From an uncultured Pseudomonadota bacterium (lineage in GTDB: Bacteria; Oederibacteriota; Muellerivitia; Muellerivitales; Muellerivitaceae), in NCBI GenBank assembly GCA_963843375.1, contig CAWJKT010000011.1:141954-205953 (forward strand): a DNA stretch of 64,000 nucleotides, in the 5' to 3' direction. The position numbers were made by a program, and so were the translations under genes. The notes beneath the pieces were generated by a model, which was not told the origin of the DNA, searched no databases, and was given only the letters and a program-made list of their open reading frames with translations. Of the stretch, positions 58,010 through 64,000 are shown one piece after another. Each line of letters starts with the position of its first letter. Position 1 is the first letter of the stretch.

Positions 58010-59020
58010 ATGAGCTATGACAAAATCGAACGGCGGCTCTTGGAATATGCCGTTCTGGCGCCTTCTATTTATAACAGCCAGCCCTGGAAGTTCGCTCTTG
58101 CCCCCTCGGAGGGCTCGATTGAGATTTATCCGGATGAAGCGAGGGCTAGGCCCTTGGAATTAGACCCCGCCCAGAGGGATTTGTACCTGGCATTGGGCTC
58201 CTGCATTGAGAACTTGGCCCTAGCTGGGCCCGCCTTGGGATACTCGGTCCATGAAACGCTTTTTCCCCGAGGCTTATCAGAGAGAAAACTTTTTCCCGCC
58301 GCTCGTTTGGAATTGCGCCCCCTTTCGGAGGTGATGCCCGAGCCCCTCTTTTCCACTTTGTTGATCCGCCATTCCCACCCGGGAGCCTATAAGCCGGCAT
58401 CAGTGGGAGATATACATTTGGAAAGGCTGCGGGTTATTCCGGCCTTTTCTGAACAGGAAAAAATTCATTTCATGACAGAGGAATCCAAACGAAATGAATT
58501 ATCCCTGCTTTTGCACGATCTCTCCCACGAGGGTGCCCAAAAAACGGCAATGGTCCAAGAAGGAGCTCGATGGATCACCCCAAAATCCAATGGACAGGAA
58601 GGAATGCCGATGGCCCATATCGGATTACCAATGTCAGTGAAAGTCCGTTTCGCTTTTTTGAGGTACTTGGCCCTTGGAAAGGAAATCAAGGAAGTCGCCC
58701 GCCAGGCGCTTTTGCGCCAGGGGCACGGAATCGACGCCCCTGCTTTTTTACTGATGACCACCCGGAATCCGGGTTCCCTGGGATATTTAAAGGCGGGACG
58801 ATGGGCGCAGAGGATTCTGCTCACTTTAAATGAAATGGAATTGGGTTTCCAAATCCTCCATCTTCCGATTTCACTCTCTTTCTGCCACGCTGATTTGCGG
58901 CAAAGGTTTGGGGCGGCGGAAGGGGAAGAGCCGGTTTTACTCGTTCGTTTTGGCCAGCCGGAAAGTAAGCGGTGGCCCCCGACCCATCGGAGGCCGATCG
59001 AAGAAGTTCTTCAAAAATAA
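58010..59020 (+). CDS. Acg-type nitroreductase-family protein
   Basis: LEYAVLAPSIYNSQPWKF... and the tandem nitroreductase-like halves. ATG 58010 is preferred because the track start 57911 abuts the divergent gene. Confidence 0.65.
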   Translation: MSYDKIERRLLEYAVLAPSIYNSQPWKFALAPSEGSIEIYPDEARARPLELDPAQRDLYLALGSCIENLALAGPALGYSVHETLFPRGLSERKLFPAARLELRPLSEVMPEPLFSTLLIRHSHPGAYKPASVGDIHLERLRVIPAFSEQEKIHFMTEESKRNELSLLLHDLSHEGAQKTAMVQEGARWITPKSNGQEGMPMAHIGLPMSVKVRFAFLRYLALGKEIKEVARQALLRQGHGIDAPAFLLMTTRNPGSLGYLKAGRWAQRILLTLNEMELGFQILHLPISLSFCHADLRQRFGAAEGEEPVLLVRFGQPESKRWPPTHRRPIEEVLQK

Positions 59021-59032
59021 GCGTCATCCTTC

Positions 59033-59061
59033 TTGACATTAATTACCAGATGCAATAAATT
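59033..59061 (+). promoter_or_regulatory. sigma70-like promoter of the fur-family gene
   Basis: TTGACA (59033-59038), a 17-nt spacer, then TAAATT (59056-59061). The 8-nt direct repeat AATTACCA occurs at 59041-59048 and 59058-59065. Confidence 0.45.
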
Positions 59062-59068
59062 ACCATCT

Positions 59069-59563
59069 ATGAAAACTCTTCGGCTTAACTCGACTCACGA
59101 AAAAATGCAGACCTTCGAGAAACTCTGCCGGGAACAAGGATTGCCCCTGACGGTTCAGCGCCGGGTTATCCTGGAATCTCTGGTGGGAAGGCTGGACCAT
59201 CCGACCGCCGACCAGGTTTTTGAAACCGCCGCCCACCGCCTGCCCGGCCTCTCCCGGACCACCGTTTATCGTGTTTTGGAAACACTCGTGGAATTGGGAA
59301 TCATTCATAAGGCCAACCATCTGGGGTCGGCGGCGCGTTATGACCCCAATACCGACCGCCATCACCATTTGACCTGCTTTTCCTGCAACAAGGTTGTTGA
59401 TATGGAAGAAGAGGCGGTGCGGGAATTAGCTATTCCTAAAGGAGCGATGAAAGGGTTTGAAATCACCGATTATTCGGTTCACTTCAAGGGTTATTGCGGG
59501 GACTGCTCGAAAAGCATGAAAAGATCCCTTAATCCAGGCCGGAAGATGGTGAAACCGAGGTAA
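59069..59563 (+). CDS. Fur-family metalloregulator (PerR/Fur-like)
   Basis: LTVQRRVILESL, HHHLTCFSCNKVVD, GYCGDC. The start is either ATG 59069 (about 7 nt after the -10, so nearly leaderless) or ATG 59105 (canonical Fur length). Confidence 0.8.
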   Translation: MKTLRLNSTHEKMQTFEKLCREQGLPLTVQRRVILESLVGRLDHPTADQVFETAAHRLPGLSRTTVYRVLETLVELGIIHKANHLGSAARYDPNTDRHHHLTCFSCNKVVDMEEEAVRELAIPKGAMKGFEITDYSVHFKGYCGDCSKSMKRSLNPGRKMVKPR

Positions 59564-59678
59564 CCTGCGGTTCCAGGTTTAAATTTCACCCGAGGGCTTG
59601 AACCGGAGCCCTGGGGTTTGGATACTACCGCTCTCTTGATTGGGCGGTGGATTTTTTAAATGAAAAAGGAGGCGTGTG

Positions 59679-60200
59679 ATGCCAGTACAAGTGGGACAAA
59701 AAGCCCCTGACTTTCAGGGACAAGCGGTGATGCCGAATGGCGAGTTCAAGGAAGTGAAATTATCGGACTATAAGGGAAAGTGGGTAGTCTTGTTTTTTTA
59801 CCCCCTGGACTTCACTTTCGTCTGCCCGACGGAAATCAAAGCCTTCAATGAGAAGTATGAGGAGTTCAAAAAGATGGGAGCTGAAGTCATCACGGCCTCC
59901 ACTGACAGTGTCTATAGCCATAAGGCTTGGCAGGAAGCCGGATTGGGCAAGTTGAAGTTCCCGCATTTGGCGGACACGGCCCACCACATTTCCCGCGCCT
60001 ATGGCGTCTTGATCGAGGATAAGGGAATCGCCCTGCGCGGCACCTTCGTCATTGATCCCGAGGGAAATTTAAAACACGCCACCGTGAACGATACGGCGGT
60101 CGGCCGGAATGTGGAAGAAACCATCCGTACCTTAGCGGCTTTTGAAACCGGTAAGTTGACAGGTTGCGGCTGGACACCGGGACAAAAGACGATTAATTAA
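59679..60200 (+). CDS. 2-Cys peroxiredoxin (AhpC/Prx1 subfamily)
   Basis: SD AAAGGAGG. FFYPLDFTFVCPTEI (peroxidatic Cys) and C-terminal Cys in GKLTGCGW. Confidence 0.9.
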   Translation: MPVQVGQKAPDFQGQAVMPNGEFKEVKLSDYKGKWVVLFFYPLDFTFVCPTEIKAFNEKYEEFKKMGAEVITASTDSVYSHKAWQEAGLGKLKFPHLADTAHHISRAYGVLIEDKGIALRGTFVIDPEGNLKHATVNDTAVGRNVEETIRTLAAFETGKLTGCGWTPGQKTIN

Positions 60201-60220
60201 GTTCTAGGATATGTTTTAAA

Positions 60221-60250
60221 GGGGAACCCCTGCCGGGTTCCCCTTTTTTA
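60221..60250. terminator. bidirectional intrinsic terminator between the peroxiredoxin and crtC-like genes
   Basis: GGGGAACCC (60221-60229), loop CTGCC, GGGTTCCCC (60235-60243), then TTTTTTA. An A-run lies on the other side. Confidence 0.75.
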
Positions 60251-60251
60251 T

Positions 60252-61424
60252 TTATAAAGCAGGACGATTAAGGGTAACGTCGCCCGAAGGCGGTGGCGGC
60301 TCCGGTTTTTCTTCGGCATGAGTGACGATGATAGTTTTGCCTTTTAACATCGGAAAAAAGAAGCGGTTGGAAAGACGGGGAGTATAAAGATAGTTCGACA
60401 TACCTTTGCCCTGGAGGGTTTTATTTCCGTCGCTCCATTGAATCTGGTCCTCAAATATCAGCGAAACCGGGCCGTCCCCCAGGATTTGATGATGGTTGAT
60501 ACCCAAAGTTTGGGCGTCGGTGAACCCCAGGCTTTTTTGATAAGGAAGCCAGAAAAAATTCCGGCGGTTTTTTGAGAGTTCGAAGGCCGCCTGCCAGGTT
60601 TGAATCCCGGAGGGGCCCGCGGTCAGGAAAAATCCTTCCGTATTCTCTTCCCCTTCGGTTGGAATTTGTACCGAATAAACCAGGGTTTCATCGCCCAAAA
60701 AAGCCCGGCCCCAATGCCAGGCCTTCACGAAGCGGTCCAAGGGAACAGATCCAAAATGGTGGTCGTGATACCCTTTTCCTACAAATGGCTGTTCTTTTTC
60801 CGATTCTCCCTGAGCATCCACCCATTGCAGAGTCCCCTCCACGTGACAAATAGGCGCAGCCAAGACCCAGCTATGAGTGGAATGAATTTCATTCGCAGGA
60901 AGAGAGGGAAATTGGGTCAAAAGCGGGGTGAAAAAGAGCCGGGCACGCAGGAGTTTTTTGCCCCCTTTTACCGGGGCCTGTACAGTTACGGTATAGGATG
61001 GGGGATCACCCCTTTCGTCCCAGTTAAAACGGTTAGGCCCCAGTAAAACGGCGCCTTGTTTATCCGAAGCTTTCAGAAATGTACCGGAGAACTCCTGGAG
61101 ACTCTCGCCTACCAAGTTGCCTTTATGGAAAATACGAAAAGTGACCCCGCAATAGTCCAAAGGATTCGGCTGGCTCACCCCAGATGGATTCGGCGCTTTT
61201 TCAGGGGGGGCCGAGTAAGCGACCGTCAGGGGTGATTTTGTTTTTTCCCAATAGGTTTTCAGGCTATCTTGGTAATAGGCGGAAAAAAGGTTGCCCGCGA
61301 AAAATTGGATAGAGAAAGAGTAGCCCGTTTTTTCGTCCGTGGCGTCGAAGTGCCACCATTCGTAGGCTCCTGGCGCCTTTTGGGGGCGGTGGAAATCCTG
61401 GTTCACTCCCGTTAAGAGGTTCAT
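60252..61424 (-). CDS. crtC: carotenoid 1,2-hydratase (CrtC)-like protein
   Basis: PGAYEWWHFDATDEKTGYSFSIQFFAGNLFSAYY closely parallels the CrtC N-terminal signature (GGY.WWY.DA.SDDG...F.GSVFSPYY). 390 aa. Confidence 0.65.
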   Translation of the reverse strand: MNLLTGVNQDFHRPQKAPGAYEWWHFDATDEKTGYSFSIQFFAGNLFSAYYQDSLKTYWEKTKSPLTVAYSAPPEKAPNPSGVSQPNPLDYCGVTFRIFHKGNLVGESLQEFSGTFLKASDKQGAVLLGPNRFNWDERGDPPSYTVTVQAPVKGGKKLLRARLFFTPLLTQFPSLPANEIHSTHSWVLAAPICHVEGTLQWVDAQGESEKEQPFVGKGYHDHHFGSVPLDRFVKAWHWGRAFLGDETLVYSVQIPTEGEENTEGFFLTAGPSGIQTWQAAFELSKNRRNFFWLPYQKSLGFTDAQTLGINHHQILGDGPVSLIFEDQIQWSDGNKTLQGKGMSNYLYTPRLSNRFFFPMLKGKTIIVTHAEEKPEPPPPSGDVTLNRPAL

Positions 61425-62567
61425 GTGATCGTTCTCGTAATCTTTCTCGCAAGCTATTGGTTTTTATTTGCGACTTACATGCTTTATTGTGCGTGGGACA
61501 ACACCCGGCTATTCGTAAAGCCGCCGCTTTCCGATCCCGCCCGAAAAAAGTGGCCTACAGTTTCCATCCTCATTCCAGCCCGCAATGAGGAAAGCCGAAT
61601 AGAGCCTTGCATCTTGGGAATGATTAAGCAGGACTATCCTTCCTGCGAAATCCTAGTGCTCGATGACCGTTCCTCGGACCGGACGTTCAATGTAGTGCAG
61701 GCTTATGCCAAGCGCAATCCTCGTTTGAAGGTTTTAAGAGGCAAGGAATTGCCAAGCGGATGGTTGGGGAAGCCCTGGGCCTGCTATCAGCTTTCCCGAA
61801 AGGCCAAGGGTAAGTGGCTTTTTTTCACTGACGCGGATACCTGGCATTTGCCCGATATGTTGAAGCGTACCGTCCAAATGGCCGAAGAAAGGGAGGCCGA
61901 CGTATTAACCCTTTTCACACGGCAAGTCACGAAAACTTGGATGGAAATACTGGTGATTCCCGTGATGGTATACAGCCTTTTGGCCTTTCTGCCCGCGGGA
62001 TGGTCTCTAAGGAAAAATAGCCGATTCAACCGTTTCGCCGGCGTTAGCGGCCAATTCGTTTTTATCCAGCGAAAGGTTTATAAAGCCTTGGGTGGACACG
62101 AGATGGTCAAGAATGAGATCGTTGAGGACCTGAATTTCGGTAAGCAGGTCGTTCGAAAAGGCTATCGTTTGGTTTATGGTGACGGGTCGGATTTTTCCTT
62201 TTGCCGCATGTACACCAATGCGGGGGAAGTTTGGGAGGGATTTTCCAAAAATTTCTTCCCGGCTGTCGCTTTTTCGCCGGTTTATTTCATGAACGCATTT
62301 GTGGTTTTGATTTTGGACGGTGTACTGCCCTTCATCCTGGTCGCATTAGGGCCTTCCCTTCCATTGTTTTGGCCTGGGTTGGTAATGGCTTTGGTGTCTT
62401 TAGGTGTACGATGGCTCCAGGCCGTCAGGTATAACTACCATAAAGGCTCGGTTTTCTTTCATCCGTTGGGATGCTTGTTATTCGCTTTAATCGGATTGAA
62501 TTCCATACGATGGTTTTGGTTTGGAGTTGGGCATTGGAAGGGAAGAGCCTTAAAACAAAAGATTTAA
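61425..62567 (+). CDS. family 2 glycosyltransferase, CrtQ-like membrane-anchored type
   Basis: VSILIPARNEE...EILVLDDRSSDRT...GWLGKPWAC...FFTDADT (DxD), with TM segments at both ends. Start is GTG 61425 or ATG 61479. Confidence 0.75.
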   Translation: MIVLVIFLASYWFLFATYMLYCAWDNTRLFVKPPLSDPARKKWPTVSILIPARNEESRIEPCILGMIKQDYPSCEILVLDDRSSDRTFNVVQAYAKRNPRLKVLRGKELPSGWLGKPWACYQLSRKAKGKWLFFTDADTWHLPDMLKRTVQMAEEREADVLTLFTRQVTKTWMEILVIPVMVYSLLAFLPAGWSLRKNSRFNRFAGVSGQFVFIQRKVYKALGGHEMVKNEIVEDLNFGKQVVRKGYRLVYGDGSDFSFCRMYTNAGEVWEGFSKNFFPAVAFSPVYFMNAFVVLILDGVLPFILVALGPSLPLFWPGLVMALVSLGVRWLQAVRYNYHKGSVFFHPLGCLLFALIGLNSIRWFWFGVGHWKGRALKQKI

Positions 62568-62589
62568 CCGAGAATATGCCAATCCGAAG

Positions 62590-63027
62590 CTAAATCTTTG
62601 GGGGCGGGGTTTGCTTTTTTTTGGCGATTTCTTGTTGAACCAGTGAAATCCATTCTTTTACGTCCTTCTTGGGTTGGGGCGGAGTGGGAATCAAGGGTCG
62701 AGGCGGGGTAGTCGGACCGGCGCCGGCCGTTCTCAACTTCTCCTTAGTTTTATCCACGTAGGTTTTTTGAAGATCTTCCAAAACTTCACGTAAAACTTTC
62801 TTTTCTTCGATGTTCAGGTTGCCTGACGTTTTTTTAATGAGTGAACCGATCATGTTGATCGTTATTCGGGCGCGGGGAAGGTTGAGATCCTTGTCCTTGT
62901 AATAGGGGTGCACCAATTCGCCTAAATCAATCTTGGCCGAAGAAGCCAGCGTGACGATCAGGTCGATAAAGTAATAATCGGTGGTTCCCCACTCGCGATT
63001 GTCTTTATATATTTGAGAATCTGCCAT
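62590..63027 (-). CDS. DUF1844-like protein with Pro-rich tail
   Basis: FIDLIVTLASSAKIDLGE...NLPRARITINMIGSLIKKTSGNLNIEEKKVLREVLEDLQKTYV resembles the DUF1844 pattern. Confidence 0.55.
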   Translation of the reverse strand: MADSQIYKDNREWGTTDYYFIDLIVTLASSAKIDLGELVHPYYKDKDLNLPRARITINMIGSLIKKTSGNLNIEEKKVLREVLEDLQKTYVDKTKEKLRTAGAGPTTPPRPLIPTPPQPKKDVKEWISLVQQEIAKKKQTPPPKI

Positions 63028-63035
63028 GGTTTTAC

Positions 63036-63671
63036 CTAATCCCGTTCCCCGCTAATCATCCGCACCACGCGAATCCAAGCGTCCCATTCTGGCCCCAAGG
63101 ATTCTTGAGAACGATGATAGTCTTGTTTATTCAGGAATTCATTTAAATCTTGCAATAGGCAATCCAAGGCTTTTTTGCCTATTTCATGAAGTCTTTTCCT
63201 TTGAGAGGAATTCATTTTTTGGACGAGCGTCTTTTCTAAATGGGGGAGACAAAGAATGCCGTTCTCTCCAAATGCGATTCTTAGCTTTTCCGAACTTGAC
63301 CAGCAAAGGGCGAATTCTTGGACGCAGGATCGATCCCGGTTTCTTTCTGACTCGCAAATGGGGCAGGGTTTGGACTTGTTTGATTTCCAGAAACGGGACG
63401 GGGTGGAAATTTCCTTCAAACCTTTTTCCAATAAACTTCCATAGATGACGGCCATCCCCAGGGCTTGACGCTGGTGAACTCCCCACCAAGCGTGGCGGCG
63501 ACAGAAACCCTTCGACTCGAAAAGGCGCCCCCGGGTGGAAGGATCGGTTACACATTCATCCAATAATGATTTCAGGTGTTCGTAAGCATAAGAGTGAACT
63601 AGAAAGCAAAGCGGACAACGATCAGGTTGGAGGATTTCGAGGTAGCGGTCCGGATCGGCGAAGGAGGGCAT
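63036..63671 (-). CDS. hypothetical Cys-rich (two CPxC) protein
   Basis: 211 aa. CPLCFLVH...CRRHAW and CPICESE...CLPHL suggest a duplicated zinc-binding unit. 8 nt upstream of the DUF1844-like gene. Confidence 0.55.
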   Translation of the reverse strand: MPSFADPDRYLEILQPDRCPLCFLVHSYAYEHLKSLLDECVTDPSTRGRLFESKGFCRRHAWWGVHQRQALGMAVIYGSLLEKGLKEISTPSRFWKSNKSKPCPICESERNRDRSCVQEFALCWSSSEKLRIAFGENGILCLPHLEKTLVQKMNSSQRKRLHEIGKKALDCLLQDLNEFLNKQDYHRSQESLGPEWDAWIRVVRMISGERD

Positions 63672-63695
63672 GAAATGGTTAGGAGCCCGGGAAAA

Positions 63696-63974
63696 TCAGA
63701 AGATTTTTTTCGACCAAAAAGAGGGTTTGAGATCAGGCTCATCCTGAATATGTTCTTTCAGCGCCGTGAAACCACTAACAGGTGAAAGGCCTCCCGAGGG
63801 AGGCATGGGCTGAGTTGGAGTATTAATTCTTTCCTGATTTTTGGACCAGAAATACCAACCAATTGCTCCTATTGCAAGAAGGACCAACAGCCACAAGAAC
63901 CAATGGAAATGGCCTCTCGTTTGAACCGGAGTAGTTGTATCCATCGAAACTTGTGGAGTTGTTTGGGCGGCCAT
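63696..63974 (-). CDS. small hypothetical single-pass membrane protein
   Basis: 92-aa ORF with TM FHWFLWLLVLLAIGAIGWYFW. No clear SD. Confidence 0.4.
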   Translation of the reverse strand: MAAQTTPQVSMDTTTPVQTRGHFHWFLWLLVLLAIGAIGWYFWSKNQERINTPTQPMPPSGGLSPVSGFTALKEHIQDEPDLKPSFWSKKIF

Positions 63975-64000
63975 AGGTGAGGAAGAAGGGGTACCTACAA

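Noticed and set aside
1-64000. CRISPR arrays, tRNA/rRNA genes, IS elements, integrases, and toxin-antitoxin or restriction-modification systems
   Set aside because: Scanning intergenic regions and ORF translations by eye revealed no direct-repeat/spacer array, no tRNA T-arm/acceptor pattern, no transposase or integrase motifs and no terminal inverted repeats. Absence by eye is not proof. An Infernal, tRNAscan or ISfinder run would be needed.

Overview
Dense bacterial chromosomal segment of about 70 genes. It has a Gram-negative-type envelope gene content and roughly 50% GC by eye. I cannot assign a taxon from the sequence alone. I recognised no rRNA, tRNA, CRISPR array, IS element or prophage.

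Content, left to right:
- A partial OmpR-type response regulator (1-390, minus strand).
- Two convergent MarR / membrane-fusion / DHA2-MFS efflux modules (1.0-5.4 kb and 5.6-8.6 kb). Only the first has a TolC-like outer-membrane factor. Each has its own pair of palindromic operator-like sites.
- Miscellaneous envelope and stress genes: a LigB/YgiD-type dioxygenase, GlsB/YeaQ, a Sel1-repeat protein and an exported MsrA.
- A divergently organised envelope locus at 13.2-23.2 kb. It holds a TM-TPR protein, a STAS protein, an ABC-2 exporter, a roughly 930-aa SBBP-repeat surface protein with a Pro/Thr linker and a sorting-type C-terminal domain, and two TPR + beta-barrel fusion proteins, one at each outer end.
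- An AT-richer stretch of small hypothetical genes (23.2-25.1 kb).
- Acyl-CoA dehydrogenase, GNAT, aldo/keto reductase, rhomboid and YfhO-like genes.
- An orphan AmmeMemoRadiSam radical-SAM gene.
- A tightly coupled six-gene operon (33.2-39.1 kb): DUF815 ATPase, cNMP-binding protein, three exported proteins and a sirtuin.
- A third DHA2 MFS gene, a GH5 glycosidase, aroK, gpsA and a PAP2-type membrane protein fused to a PEP-utiliser-like domain.
- cysH, a PstS-like protein and a ferredoxin + MBL hydrolase pair.
- zwf-opcA-pgl convergent with tkt.
- An oxidative-stress group: DUF2203, an Acg-type nitroreductase, a Fur-family regulator and a peroxiredoxin.
- A back-to-back crtC-like / GT2 pair.

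The most striking sequence-level observation is at least 11 reading-frame disruptions in 10 otherwise well conserved genes. This points to either an indel-prone assembly or recent gene decay.

Limits: all calls rest on hand translation and motif recognition. Frameshift coordinates are good to about +/-5 nt, and start codons are often uncertain.
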